The notes beneath the pieces are model-generated. The model did not search any database and was not told the DNA's origin. It was given only the letters and a program-made list of their open reading frames with translations. This document shows, in pieces, positions 9,689-22,115 of a stretch of 64,000 nt of DNA. A program made the translations under genes and the position numbers. Each line of letters starts with the position of its first letter. The stretch's first letter is position 1. Origin of the DNA: Patescibacteria group bacterium UBA926 (GTDB taxonomy: Bacteria; Patescibacteriota; Doudnabacteria; UBA920); contig DBDS01000006.1 in the NCBI GenBank assembly GCA_002293685.1, positions 180,909 to 244,908 of the forward strand, read 5' to 3'.

Positions 9689-10321
9689 ATGAATCAGAAG
9701 AAGTTAATCACTGTTTTATCTATTGCTATCCTCGCACTCATAGTAGTGGGTTATACTTATTGGAATAATTCCAACAATAACAAGCTAGCAGAGCAGTCAC
9801 TTACGGATATATTTCCGAATAGTAATACAGTGGACAATAACAGCGCTCCTCTAAAATCATTGAACACAAACACTCAACAATCCTCCAACTCAAACCCAGC
9901 CCAAAGAGACGAGACCGCTAGCTGGAAAATTTATACTAGCTCTCAATATGGATACACAATCAAGTATCCAGAAAACTTCTCCATACAAACAGGCAGTAGC
10001 GGTCCCGGAGGTACAATCTTTACATTGGCTATTAACTCTGAACCTGTTAATACAGAAGGCGCGGGTCAGTCAAAATATCTTTGGATCGGGGTTGAGCCAA
10101 AACGCACATTATCACAATGTGAAAACTCAGAAGGCAAAATCACTATTGATGGCTACTCGGTGGAAAAATGCATCGAGCAAGGTTCATTCTTTGGACAAGG
10201 CAAAGGCATGCTAGCTAGTATCAATCACGGTAATTACTCTTATTTTTTTAGCGCAGACTACTACGACAAAAATAGTGCCACTGTAGACAAAATTATCGCT
10301 ACTTTCAGATTCATAAAATAA
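9689..10321 (+). CDS. hypothetical exported protein
   Basis: N-terminal signal/anchor helix, Asn/Ser-rich linker. Confidence 0.4.
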   Translation: MNQKKLITVLSIAILALIVVGYTYWNNSNNNKLAEQSLTDIFPNSNTVDNNSAPLKSLNTNTQQSSNSNPAQRDETASWKIYTSSQYGYTIKYPENFSIQTGSSGPGGTIFTLAINSEPVNTEGAGQSKYLWIGVEPKRTLSQCENSEGKITIDGYSVEKCIEQGSFFGQGKGMLASINHGNYSYFFSADYYDKNSATVDKIIATFRFIK

Positions 10322-10338
10322 ATCTAATTCCATACTGA

Positions 10339-10365
10339 AACCCGCTAAAACAAGCGGGTTTTTCT
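10339..10365 (+). terminator. rho-independent terminator
   Basis: aaacccgct aaaacaa gcgggttttt. Confidence 0.65.
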
Positions 10366-10455
10366 GTGTAAAAGTAGTGGTTTAGTAAGGAATAATTTGC
10401 TATAATTTAGGTAGTTATTTAGCCACTATTTTGGCTAATTTTTAAGTAAATTCAG

Positions 10456-12600
<2,145 letters not shown>

Positions 12601-12616
12601 GCTATGAAAAATAAAG

Positions 12617-12646
12617 ATCGGAAGCGATTTATACCGCTTCCGATTA
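12617..12646. terminator. hairpin between gyrB (+) and convergent minus gene; T-run on minus side
   Basis: atcggaagcg atttatacc gcttccgat. Confidence 0.45.
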
Positions 12647-12659
12647 TACAACATGAGCA

Positions 12660-13031
12660 TTAGCAAACTGAAATATGCAAAAGATGGTCTATTGGCTCTC
12701 CATCTTCCAAAGCATCCTTGCTGACAGGAGAGGTACTAACAAGTATTCTATCAAGTAGTCTATTACCGAACAAACTGTTCAACTGTAGTACAAAAAAATT
12801 GTTTTGAGCCTGTACCTTCCTTGTCTCAATAATTAGCCCATTTACAAACTTTGCTCGAGCATCCCCTTTCATCTTATCCAAAAAGCGGATCAGTTCTGAA
12901 GAAAAAGTAATTATTTTAACAATACCACCACCGGGCGTGTAGTACAGCCCCTCTTGATACTGCTCTGATAAATCCGTTGCAGTTTCTTCAAAAGTAAACC
13001 CATGTAAACCCTCAAAATTCCTATAATCCAT
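12660..13031 (-). CDS. hypothetical protein
   Basis: ORF only. Confidence 0.3.
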   Translation of the reverse strand: MDYRNFEGLHGFTFEETATDLSEQYQEGLYYTPGGGIVKIITFSSELIRFLDKMKGDARAKFVNGLIIETRKVQAQNNFFVLQLNSLFGNRLLDRILVSTSPVSKDALEDGEPIDHLLHISVC

Positions 13032-13260
13032 GTTAACAATGAACCTCCTTTAAATTCAAAATCTAACCAAAATTTACTCAAATAATTATACATTGTCAAC
13101 CAATTGACTTATATGTCTAAATAAAGTATTATTTATTCAAAGCCCCGAAGCGGGTTTTAAAAAAGCTTCAGATTACTTTAAAATCTGGCTTAATTAAAGG
13201 GAATATGACAAATTAGATCCCGCACTCGCTATGCCCGTTCGGGATGAATGCATACATAAT

Positions 13261-13443
13261 ATGAATAAAGTTATTCAATTTTTTAAAGAAGTTAAAGCAG
13301 AATTATGGAAGGTAGTTTGGCCAAGTCGCCGCGACGCAATCCGTTACACTATCACTATCCTTGTCTTTTCTTTAGTAGTCGCTGCCATTCTTGGTGCCGC
13401 TGACTTTGGATTATTAAAAGGCTTCGAGGCCTTGATTAACTAA
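13261..13443 (+). CDS. secE: preprotein translocase subunit SecE
   Basis: FFKEVKAELWKVVWPSRRD + single TM; position before nusG. Confidence 0.7.
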   Translation: MNKVIQFFKEVKAELWKVVWPSRRDAIRYTITILVFSLVVAAILGAADFGLLKGFEALIN

Positions 13444-13444
13444 T

Positions 13445-13990
13445 ATGAGTAAACAGCAAGTAACGGGTGAGCGTCATTGGTACGTTCTTCATACATATAG
13501 TGGTTATGAAGATAGCGTGGCGATCAACCTTAAACAGCGTATCGAAAACTTAAACATGCAGGACAAAATCTTCGACGCGATTGTACCGAAAGAAAAGAAG
13601 ATTAAAATCCGCGATGGAAAACGTTCAACTGTTGAAGAGAAAATCTTCCCAGGTTACGTGCTCGTCAACATGATCGTAACCGACGACTCTTGGTATGTTG
13701 TTCGTAACACACCAAACGTAACAGGTTTCGTAGGAAGCGGAACTATTCCAACTCCTGTGTCAGAAGAAGAATGGTCATTCCTTAACAAGCGCATGGGCGC
13801 TGATGAACCAAAGTTCAAAGTCGACTTCGAAGTTGGCGAACTCGTTCAGATTACCGACGGTCCTTTCAAGGACTATGAAGGTAAGATTGGTGAAATCGAC
13901 CAAGCTAAAGGTAAAGTAAAAGTATTCGTAACTATTTTCGGTCGCGAAACTCCTGTCGAACTAGATTTCTTACAAGTTAAAAAAGTTTAA
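13445..13990 (+). CDS. nusG: transcription termination/antitermination factor NusG
   Basis: NGN domain WYVLHTYSGYE and KOW GELVQITDGPFKDYEGKI. Confidence 0.85.
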   Translation: MSKQQVTGERHWYVLHTYSGYEDSVAINLKQRIENLNMQDKIFDAIVPKEKKIKIRDGKRSTVEEKIFPGYVLVNMIVTDDSWYVVRNTPNVTGFVGSGTIPTPVSEEEWSFLNKRMGADEPKFKVDFEVGELVQITDGPFKDYEGKIGEIDQAKGKVKVFVTIFGRETPVELDFLQVKKV

Positions 13991-14037
13991 AATTACCAAT
14001 TACGAATTGAGCGAATGTACTAATTCGAAATATCAAT

Positions 14038-14104
14038 GTCATTCTGACCCCGCACTTGATGCGGGGGAAGAATCCCATAGATCCTTCACTGCGTTCAGGG
14101 TGAC
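14038..14104. repeat. hairpin repeat, GTCATYCTGA...GAAGRATC family
   Basis: gtcattctgaccccgca..gcgggggaagaatc + gatccttcactgcgttcagggtgac. Confidence 0.55.
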
Positions 14105-14178
14105 ACAACAATTAATAAGTAGTCGGTTCCGGTTAAGACTTGGAATCTCGCCGCTAATAACGGTTACTACTCAACACA

Positions 14179-14604
14179 ATGGCAAAAAAAGTCAAATCAA
14201 TGGTGAAGCTTCAGCTTCCCGCTGGTAAAGCAACTCCAGCACCTCCTGTAGGTACTGCACTTGGACCGCATGGTATCAACATCGCGGACTTTACCAAAGC
14301 ATTCAACGAGCAAACCGCTCCAATGGGCGACACAATTGTTCCAGTTGAAATGACTATCTATGAAGATCGGTCATTCACATTTATTCTAAAAACTCCTCCG
14401 GCATCTGTACTTGTCCGCAAGGCAGCTGGTCTGGCTAAAGGATCGAGCAATCCTCTTACAACCAAAGTAGGAAAGATTACATCGGCTCAACTCCGTGAAA
14501 TCGCTGAGACCAAGATGCCTGATCTTAACGCTGTAGACATAGAAGCCGCTGAACAGATTATTCGTGGAACAGCGAGAAGCATGGGTATCGAAATTAAGGA
14601 TTAG
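14179..14604 (+). CDS. rplK: 50S ribosomal protein L11
   Basis: [14 protein letters not shown], classic L11. Confidence 0.9.
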   Translation: MAKKVKSMVKLQLPAGKATPAPPVGTALGPHGINIADFTKAFNEQTAPMGDTIVPVEMTIYEDRSFTFILKTPPASVLVRKAAGLAKGSSNPLTTKVGKITSAQLREIAETKMPDLNAVDIEAAEQIIRGTARSMGIEIKD

Positions 14605-14759
14605 GTGCTACAACTTCCATATTTGGGCAATTCTTTGTCGTAACGCTTACGTTTGCGCTCACCGTAACTTTTATTACGCTTCGCGCAATCCGCGCGTTAC
14701 TCATCGAACTTGCCTCAAATCTGAAAGTTGTTTCAGTCAAGTCATTAAGTATCAAAACT

Positions 14760-15101
14760 ATGAATCTAAGTTGGATCAAAAAAGTGTACCTATATTTGGT
14801 ATCACTTATCTCACTAGTCATTCTAGTAATTGCGAGTATAATTCTAATCAACCTAGCTTTGAAAACTTGGGTTTTTCCAAAAGCTGATATGAATTACTAC
14901 ACAGCATACTGTCCGAGTATCGTCGAGAGAGCTCCAGATGGTGAAGAAATTTCTCAACCGCGGGAGTGTACAGACGAACAGTACGCAAAAGACCAACGCT
15001 CTGCCCAAAAACAACGCGACGCGTCTCAAGCTCTAGCCATGATTCTTGTAGCAAGTCCAGTATTCTATTATCACTGGAAGCTCGCTCGCAAAGAAGCTTA
15101 A
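14760..15101 (+). CDS. small two-TM membrane protein inserted between rplK and rplA
   Basis: hydrophobic N- and C-terminal helices; ORF only. Confidence 0.4.
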   Translation: MNLSWIKKVYLYLVSLISLVILVIASIILINLALKTWVFPKADMNYYTAYCPSIVERAPDGEEISQPRECTDEQYAKDQRSAQKQRDASQALAMILVASPVFYYHWKLARKEA

Positions 15102-15109
15102 TCGACGAA

Positions 15110-15163
15110 GTCGTCCCGGCAGCCACAAGACTTGCCTTGCAAATCGCGGGCTAGCCGGTATCT
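15110..15163. repeat. repeat GTCRTCCCGGCAGCCACAAG...GCGGGCTAGCCGGKATC, copy 1
   Basis: near-identical to 23122-23165. Confidence 0.6.
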
Positions 15164-15253
15164 AAATAATAGATCCCTGCTTTCGCAGGGATTACTACCA
15201 TTAATAAGTGGGACCCTGAGCTCAGCCGAAGGGGCAGACCACTAAAGGAATTT

Positions 15254-15934
15254 ATGAAAGTATCAAAACGTATTAAGAGTAACCTCGAAGCAATCGAGAA
15301 AGACCGCGTCTACACCGCAGAAGAAGCAATTGATTTAGTAAAGAAGACAGCTACCACCAAGTTTACAGGTTCTGTAGAAGTTCATCTTAAAACTGCAATC
15401 GATGCTAAAAAAACTGATCAAGCGATTCGTGGCGCAGTAACCCTGCCTCACGGTACAGGTAAGACTAAGAAAATTGCGGCATTCGTAACTGAAGGTAAAG
15501 AAGCTGAAGCAAAAGCAGCTGGTGCTGAAATCGTTGGTGGTGAAGAATTGATTAAGAAAATCAAAGAAACCGAAAAAACTGATTTCGATGTAGCGGTTGC
15601 CGAACCAGCAATGATGCCGAAGTTAGCGACTATCGCTAAAATTCTTGGAACTCGTGGCATAATGCCAAATCCAAAAACTGGTACAGTGTCCGAAAATATC
15701 ACTACAGCAATTGCAGAAATTGCTGGTGGTAAAGTAAACTTCAAAAACGATAACTCTGGAAACGTTCATCAAGTCATTGGTAAGACCGATTTTGATAACA
15801 CCAAAATTTTGGAAAACTTAAAGAAGTTTATGGAAGCGCTTCATGCGTCAAAGCCAAGTGCGGTGAAAAAGAATTTCATCACAACAGCGACCATGAATGC
15901 AACAATGGGACCAGGAATTCGATTCAAGATTTAA
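15254..15934 (+). CDS. rplA: 50S ribosomal protein L1
   Basis: classic L1 sequence. Confidence 0.9.
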   Translation: MKVSKRIKSNLEAIEKDRVYTAEEAIDLVKKTATTKFTGSVEVHLKTAIDAKKTDQAIRGAVTLPHGTGKTKKIAAFVTEGKEAEAKAAGAEIVGGEELIKKIKETEKTDFDVAVAEPAMMPKLATIAKILGTRGIMPNPKTGTVSENITTAIAEIAGGKVNFKNDNSGNVHQVIGKTDFDNTKILENLKKFMEALHASKPSAVKKNFITTATMNATMGPGIRFKI

Positions 15935-15935
15935 G

Positions 15936-15965
15936 AAAAAGCAGCTCCAAATGGAGCTGTTTTTA
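15936..15965 (+). terminator. rho-independent terminator after rplA
   Basis: gcagctcca aat ggagctg ttttt. Confidence 0.7.
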
Positions 15966-16025
15966 ATTTGCCACAACCCAAAATTGTTAGGTATACTGAG
16001 TCAAAACTGATAAGGAGGAAATGAG

Positions 16026-16694
16026 ATGTCGAACTCTATAGCCATTGAATTTTCAATGTCCTTGTTATCAAACAAGGACCGATCTAATTGTATAGAAAAG
16101 ATACGGGACCCAAGCGAGAAGACAGATTTCGAACTCGCTAAACTCACAGGAAAAGGAGATATGTTGGCATTTGAAGTCCTCTACCTCCGCCATCATGGTC
16201 GGGTTTACAGTATTTGCTTGAAAATGCTTCACAATGTTCACGAGGCAGAGGATCTAACTCAAGAAGTGTTTATCCAAGTAAAGAGAAAAGCCTCTACATT
16301 CAGAGGTGATGCTCAATTCACTACTTGGCTTCATCGCCTAACTGTCAATCAAGTTTTGATGTACTTCCGGAAAGGTCAAGTTAAGTTCGAAAAACTTACC
16401 TCCCAAGGTCAACTACCTGTCGACAATTCACCGGAAGCCATTCATGCTCGTAAGAACTTCATCGATGAGAGAATGGCTTTAGTAGCGGCTGTGGGAAAAT
16501 TACCCGATGGTTATCGAAATGTGTTCATACTTCATGACATCGAAGGATTCGAGCATAATGAAGTGGCAAGGATTTTAGGCTGCTCTGAAGGTACTTCAAA
16601 GTCACAGCTCTTCAAAGCACGGCTATCCTTAAGAAAGCTACTTCGAAGGAAAGCGAATCCGAGAGTTTACAAGATTTGTCACAGCGCGCCGTAG
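16026..16694 (+). CDS. RNA polymerase sigma-70 factor, ECF subfamily
   Basis: region 2 [10 protein letters not shown]...[11 protein letters not shown] and region 4 [32 protein letters not shown]; GGAGG RBS. Confidence 0.7.
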   Translation: MSNSIAIEFSMSLLSNKDRSNCIEKIRDPSEKTDFELAKLTGKGDMLAFEVLYLRHHGRVYSICLKMLHNVHEAEDLTQEVFIQVKRKASTFRGDAQFTTWLHRLTVNQVLMYFRKGQVKFEKLTSQGQLPVDNSPEAIHARKNFIDERMALVAAVGKLPDGYRNVFILHDIEGFEHNEVARILGCSEGTSKSQLFKARLSLRKLLRRKANPRVYKICHSAP

Positions 16695-16745
16695 ATTACT
16701 CTTCGGCGCCTCTCTCACCAATAGATGGTCATTGTAGTAACGAAT

Positions 16746-16773
16746 CTGCCGCCAATAAACTGGCGGTTTTTTT
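16746..16773 (+). terminator. rho-independent terminator after ECF sigma gene
   Basis: ccgcc aataaact ggcgg ttttttt. Confidence 0.65.
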
Positions 16774-16896
16774 AGTAAATTTTCCCTCATTTTTCGATTA
16801 ATTGATAATGCTATCCTGTCACTATTCCCATATCTGACAGGGTTTACCAAGCCAGTCACATATAGTAATATGAAAAAAGATTAACAAATATATTCT

Positions 16897-17487
16897 ATGA
16901 TATTATCCGATTCAGACATCCAAAAAGCCCTTAAAACAGGGTCGATCACAGTTGAGCCATTATTCCCTGGAGCAATTCAACCAGCCAGCGTAGACCTTCA
17001 CTTAGGAGCAGATTTTCTAGTTTTCGACGCCTCACATTATGCTTATATCGACCCGGCCCAACCAATCGATGACATGATGAAACCTGTTAGTATCAATGAC
17101 GAAAAACAGTTTATTTTACACCCAGGCGAGTTCGCTTTGGGTTTAACTTACGAGGTTGTCGGTGTTTCAGATTCGATGGTTGGTCGGTTGGAAGGGAAGT
17201 CTTCTTTGGGGCGTATCGGACTTATCATTCATGCCACTGCTGGATATTTAGATCCAGGTAATAAATTAAAAATGACATTAGAGCTTCACAACATTTCCGG
17301 CTTGCCTATTAAACTCTATTACAAAATGCCGATTGCGCAACTTTCATTTTCACCGCTCTCAAGCAAAGCAGATGTTCCTTACGGCGCTAACAAAATCGGA
17401 AGTAAGTACTACGGTGCAACCAAACCACAAGCTTCTCAGTATTTCAAAAACTTTCAGAATAATAACGCTTGGATGAAATTTGAATAA
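16897..17487 (+). CDS. dcd: dCTP deaminase
   Basis: MILSDSDI start, dUTPase-like fold motifs. Confidence 0.75.
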   Translation: MILSDSDIQKALKTGSITVEPLFPGAIQPASVDLHLGADFLVFDASHYAYIDPAQPIDDMMKPVSINDEKQFILHPGEFALGLTYEVVGVSDSMVGRLEGKSSLGRIGLIIHATAGYLDPGNKLKMTLELHNISGLPIKLYYKMPIAQLSFSPLSSKADVPYGANKIGSKYYGATKPQASQYFKNFQNNNAWMKFE

Positions 17488-17531
17488 AACCAAACCAACA
17501 GAACCATCAGTTAATCAGAAATAATAGAAAT

Positions 17532-18245
17532 ATGGCAATTTGGAATCGAACTAAGCCAGAACCAGTAATTCAACCAGGAAAGTTTATCGTCATTGAAGGA
17601 ACCGACGGCACTGGCAAAACCACTCAAGTCAAGCTCTTAGGAGAAACTCTTTCAAATTATAATTATGATGGAGTGATTTTTGACTTTCCACAATACACAA
17701 ATGTGTCGAGCGCACTTTTGGATAACTATTTGAAAGGGGCTTATGGTAAACTTGATCCGGAAGCGGCTTCAATTCTATATGCTGTAGACAGATTCGACGC
17801 AAGTTTTTCAGTGCGCGAGCATCTATCCGAAGGTAGGGTAGTGCTTGCTAATCGATATGTAAGCTCGAATGCTGGACACCAAGGTGCAAAAATTTTCGAC
17901 GCTCAAGATAGAATCAAATTTTTCAAATGGTTGGATCATTTGGAATACACTACATTTAATATTCCGCGTCCAGATTTAACAATAATTTTGCACTTACCAG
18001 TAGAGATGTCGATTGAGCTTATTAAGAAAGGTCATGAAGCTAAGGGTACTCGTCCCGATTTACACGACCAAGACATTGAACATCTTGAACGCGCTGAGCA
18101 AGTCTATTTAGAAATCGCAGAACTGTTTCCTAACACGAAGTTAGTAGAGTGTTCCGAAGACGGCCGCTTACTTTCCCCGCAAGAGATTCATTCCAAAGTT
18201 TGGGAATTAGTCCGTAGAATCGTTCTTAAAAATAATACTTTTTAA
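17532..18245 (+). CDS. tmk: thymidylate kinase
   Basis: KFIVIEGTDGTGKTTQ P-loop. Confidence 0.75.
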   Translation: MAIWNRTKPEPVIQPGKFIVIEGTDGTGKTTQVKLLGETLSNYNYDGVIFDFPQYTNVSSALLDNYLKGAYGKLDPEAASILYAVDRFDASFSVREHLSEGRVVLANRYVSSNAGHQGAKIFDAQDRIKFFKWLDHLEYTTFNIPRPDLTIILHLPVEMSIELIKKGHEAKGTRPDLHDQDIEHLERAEQVYLEIAELFPNTKLVECSEDGRLLSPQEIHSKVWELVRRIVLKNNTF

Positions 18246-18276
18246 AAACCAGTCGAAATAAAGAAAGGAAATAAAA

Positions 18277-19140
18277 ATGAAACAATACCAAGACGCTCTA
18301 AAGCAGATTCAAGCAGAAGGCATAAGCCATGATGACAGAACTAAAGTTGGGACAACTTCACTGTTTGGAGAAGTCCAAATGACTTTTGATATCAGTGAAA
18401 AATTTCCAATCTTAACTACAAAGAAAGTTCCGCTCAGATGGATTTTCGAAGAGCTGATGTGGTTCCTAAGAGGGGATACGGACAATCAATCCTTAGAGGC
18501 GACTGGTGTAACAATCTGGAAAGAATGGGCGACCGAAGAACAAACAGCCCGTTTTGGGCGATCTAAGGGCGACCTAGGTCCAATCTACGGATACACTTGG
18601 CGAAACTTTGGCGGAAAATATCCAGAAAAAAATGGGTTCGACCAAATCGCTCGCTTAATGAAAGACCTAAAAGAAAATCCTAACTCTCGAAGACACATAG
18701 TTTCAGGTTGGGATCCTGCCGAAGCAGATAATGTCGCACTACCACCATGTCATACTTTGTTTCAATTCAAAGTTGATGCAATCGGTGGAGAACAACACTT
18801 ATCTTGTAAACTCTACCAGCGTAGTGCCGACTTTTTCCTCGGCGTTCCTTTTAACATTTCTTCATATTCGCTACTAACTTACATGGTTGCTCACGTAATG
18901 GGAATGAAGCCTCGAAAGTTCGTTCACACTTTTGGCGACGCGCACATCTACAGCAATCACGAAGACGCAGTAAAGGAACTACTTTCCCGTGAGCCCAAAG
19001 AACTTCCAACTTTGAAATTCATCAACGCCGATCACTTAATCGGAAAAGGTGTTGAAGGACTTCTTGGTTTCAAATGGGAAAATATCGAATTGACCGGCTA
19101 TGAACCCTACGGTAAAATTGAAGCTCCAGTAGCAGTTTAG
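18277..19140 (+). CDS. thyA: thymidylate synthase
   Basis: LPPCHTLFQF active-site Cys motif. Confidence 0.9.
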   Translation: MKQYQDALKQIQAEGISHDDRTKVGTTSLFGEVQMTFDISEKFPILTTKKVPLRWIFEELMWFLRGDTDNQSLEATGVTIWKEWATEEQTARFGRSKGDLGPIYGYTWRNFGGKYPEKNGFDQIARLMKDLKENPNSRRHIVSGWDPAEADNVALPPCHTLFQFKVDAIGGEQHLSCKLYQRSADFFLGVPFNISSYSLLTYMVAHVMGMKPRKFVHTFGDAHIYSNHEDAVKELLSREPKELPTLKFINADHLIGKGVEGLLGFKWENIELTGYEPYGKIEAPVAV

Positions 19141-19149
19141 GAGGTCAAA

Positions 19150-19668
19150 ATGATTACAATCATCGCCGCCATTTCGCGGAATAACGTCATTGGGGTAGAT
19201 GAAAAAATTCCCTGGGAAATTCCCGCCGACCTACAACACTTCAAAGACTTAACTAAGGGTAATGTTTGCGTCATGGGTCGGGCTACTTGGGAATCTATTC
19301 CGGAACAGTTTCGGCCACTCTCAAACAGGCTCAATATTGTCCTCACTTCAAACCCTAACTACTCTCTGCCTGAAGGTGCCCTGAAAGCCAAAGATGAAAT
19401 CACTGCTATTCATTTAGCCGAGAAGACGTCATTTGCGGGGAGAGATATTTACTTCATTGGAGGGGAGAGCGTTTACAAAAACGCAATTAAGTTAGCCGAT
19501 GTTCTGGAAATCACCCACGTCGATATTGATGTTGACGAATCGCAGCATGAAATTGTCCGACGATTCCCAGAGATCGACCTGTCGATTTGGAAACCAAGTA
19601 CAGCTCAATGGCAAGAGCAAAACGGTTTCCGATTCAAAATGATCACCTACACACGCCTCGTCCGGTAA
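19150..19668 (+). CDS. folA: dihydrofolate reductase
   Basis: MITIIAAISRNNVIG, VMGRATWESI. Confidence 0.8.
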   Translation: MITIIAAISRNNVIGVDEKIPWEIPADLQHFKDLTKGNVCVMGRATWESIPEQFRPLSNRLNIVLTSNPNYSLPEGALKAKDEITAIHLAEKTSFAGRDIYFIGGESVYKNAIKLADVLEITHVDIDVDESQHEIVRRFPEIDLSIWKPSTAQWQEQNGFRFKMITYTRLVR

Positions 19669-19688
19669 TGACGAGGCTCTTTTTTTTA
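19654..19688 (+). terminator. rho-independent terminator after folA
   Basis: gcctcgtc cggtaat gacgaggc tctttttttt. Confidence 0.75.
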
Positions 19689-19703
19689 GGTATAATCTAG
19701 CTT

Positions 19704-20795
19704 ATGAAAGAACTCATTAATCGTCTCAACAAACTCTCCGAAGAGTCCAAAAGTCTAACAGGCAAATTAAATCTTGAGCAAAAGCAGCAAAAAATTCTTG
19801 AACTTGAAGATGCGATGCAGGTCAAAGATTTTTGGAACGATGCAGAACAAGCTCAGAGTATTTCCCAACAACACAGCGACCTCAGCACATTCGTCGATTT
19901 TTGGAAGAACCTCGAAACTAAAATCACCGAACTGACCGAGCTGATAAATTCTAATACTGACCATTCCGAAGAAACAAAAGCGTATCTAGAGCAACAAGTT
20001 AGAGAGTTAGAAACCGCTTATCAGCAAAATAGACTCCTAGTGATGATGTCCGGCAAATACGACAGTCATAATGCAATCTTTTCCATTCACGCTGGTGCAG
20101 GCGGAACCGATGCTCAAGACTGGGCGGAGATGTTACTCAGGCAATACTTAAGATTCTGTGAGCGCAAGAATTTAAAGACCGAAATTATCGACCAAAGCCG
20201 CGGCAGTGAAGCGGGGATTAAGTCTGTGACAGTTCATGTGACTGGTGAATTTGCTTATGGATTACTTAAAAGCGAGGCCGGCGTGCATCGCTTGGTTCGC
20301 CAATCTCCATTTAATCCTGCACACACCCGCGAAACCTCATTTGCTTTACTAGAACTTGTTCCAGAGTTACATGAAAAGGAAGCAATCACGCTCGATCCAA
20401 AAGATATCGAAATTGAGGCTAATACTTCATCTGGTGCTGGTGGGCAAAGTGTAAACACAACATATAGTGCTATCAGGATTACTCATAAACCGACTGGTAT
20501 ACGAGTCAGTATTCAAAACGAGCGCAGTCAACATCAAAACAAAGAATTGGCTATGAAGATTTTGCTTGGTAAGTTGCAAGCGCTTGAAAATGAAAAACTC
20601 GCTGAAGAAAAAAAAGAACTCCGCGGGGAGTTCAAGTCAGCAGAGTGGGGGAATCAGATTCGCTCTTATGTTTTGCACCCATACAAAATGGTGAAGGACC
20701 ATCGAACAGAGTATGAAGAAACTGATCCGGATAGTGTTTTGGATGGCAACCTAGATGCGTTTGTAGAAAAATATTTAGAGAGTCAGATAAAATAA
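19704..20795 (+). CDS. prfB: peptide chain release factor 2 (uninterrupted, no +1 frameshift site)
   Basis: SPF motif and SGAGGQSVN (GGQ). Confidence 0.85.
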   Translation: MKELINRLNKLSEESKSLTGKLNLEQKQQKILELEDAMQVKDFWNDAEQAQSISQQHSDLSTFVDFWKNLETKITELTELINSNTDHSEETKAYLEQQVRELETAYQQNRLLVMMSGKYDSHNAIFSIHAGAGGTDAQDWAEMLLRQYLRFCERKNLKTEIIDQSRGSEAGIKSVTVHVTGEFAYGLLKSEAGVHRLVRQSPFNPAHTRETSFALLELVPELHEKEAITLDPKDIEIEANTSSGAGGQSVNTTYSAIRITHKPTGIRVSIQNERSQHQNKELAMKILLGKLQALENEKLAEEKKELRGEFKSAEWGNQIRSYVLHPYKMVKDHRTEYEETDPDSVLDGNLDAFVEKYLESQIK

Positions 20796-20797
20796 AT

Positions 20798-20824
20798 CCG
20801 CACTCCAATTTAATTGAAGTGCGG
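20798..20824 (-). terminator. hairpin terminator serving minus-strand gene (T-run on minus side), possibly also prfB
   Basis: ccgcact ccaatttaattga agtgcgg. Confidence 0.45.
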
Positions 20825-20833
20825 GGCGATCAC

Positions 20834-21288
20834 CTAGCGGTGACTGTGGCCACGTTGGTTCTCAAGAAACACGAGCAGCTCCGGGTCAATAACCCTTTTA
20901 TCTGGCCGGCCGAAAATTTCGAACCACAGCCTTTGGGTCTCAGGTTTCAAAAGATCCTCCAAGTAAAGTAAATCGTCATGCTCCCCAAAATCATGTTGAA
21001 ACTCGATTCGCCGTGAGAACGGAACAAGTACCTTCTCCGCAAATGTTGTGTATGCGAACACGGTTCCGATTTCCGGAATCCACGACTCGTTCAGAACACA
21101 CACCACATGAGACAACACGAGCGTTGATTCACCTTGATTGGTGAAGAACTCATATGCCTTCTGTGGGGAACTGAAGCTTCGAACGTTTTGAAAGCCAAAG
21201 TGGTTTCGTAATCTCTCCTCCAGAATTTCTTCTCCTGGATAGTCGATGCCACTTCCCACAAAGGCGCAAACACGCGTACCTTTAATCA
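20834..21288 (-). CDS. hypothetical protein (151 aa form)
   Basis: GGAGGA RBS upstream of ATG at 21286-21288; longer 208-aa form has no RBS. Confidence 0.35.
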
Positions 21289-21434
21289 TTTTGTTAGTTC
21301 CTCCTCTAACTTTGTAACCGGGAGCCGCCGGCGCGGTTGCAGATTCATCTGCTTTTTGATTTTCTGTATTATACAACATTTTTAAGAACTTGGCAACCCC
21401 TAAAATCATAAGATATGTGGTATAATTATTTAGC

Positions 21435-22112
21435 ATGATTGAATTCAAAAAAGTTACCAAATACTATAACAACCATAAGGCACTCAACAATATAAACCTC
21501 CATGTTAAGCAGGGAGAGTTTATTTCGTTAGTAGGCATGAGCGGGGCAGGGAAGTCCACGATGCTCAAGCTTTTGGTTGGTGAAGAACAACTGGACGACG
21601 GAAGCATCCTTATCGACGATATCGATATGACTAAAATCCGTAAATCGGATTTGCCATACTTACGACGCAAAATTGGAGTTGTCTTTCAAGATATTAAACT
21701 TTTACCTAAACGAACCGCGTTTGAAAACGTTGCTTTCGCGATGGAAGTATCTGGTCACACCAAAGAACAAATCAACAAAGATGTACCGCGCATTCTAGAA
21801 CTTGTAGGCCTAACTCACAAAACTCACAACTTCCCACATGAAATGAGCGGTGGAGAAAAACAGCGTGTTGCCATTGCGCGTAGTTTGGCTCATCGGCCGG
21901 TTTTGCTTTTGGCAGATGAACCTACCGGCAACTTAGACGAAATCAACGCAGCCGAAGTAATCGACTTACTACTTAAAATCAACGAACTAGGAACAACAGT
22001 ACTTCTCGCAACTCACGCCTCCGACCTAGTAAACAAAATCAAGAAACGCGTAATCACAATTGAAGGCGGACAGATTACAATGGAACAAGAAAAAGGTAAG
22101 TACAAATTATAA
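21435..22112 (+). CDS. ftsE: cell division ATP-binding protein FtsE
   Basis: ABC ATPase motifs GMSGAGKST, LSGGEKQR, LLLADEPTGNLD. Confidence 0.85.
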   Translation: MIEFKKVTKYYNNHKALNNINLHVKQGEFISLVGMSGAGKSTMLKLLVGEEQLDDGSILIDDIDMTKIRKSDLPYLRRKIGVVFQDIKLLPKRTAFENVAFAMEVSGHTKEQINKDVPRILELVGLTHKTHNFPHEMSGGEKQRVAIARSLAHRPVLLLADEPTGNLDEINAAEVIDLLLKINELGTTVLLATHASDLVNKIKKRVITIEGGQITMEQEKGKYKL

Positions 22113-22115
22113 ACC

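Noticed and set aside
9948-10214. 88-aa ORF in an alternative frame inside 9689-10321
   Set aside because: Same-strand overlapping frame of a longer ORF with signal peptide. No RBS.
19704-20795. Programmed +1 frameshift in prfB
   Set aside because: The ORF is continuous from ATG to stop with SPF and GGQ motifs. No CTT TGA C shifty site is present.
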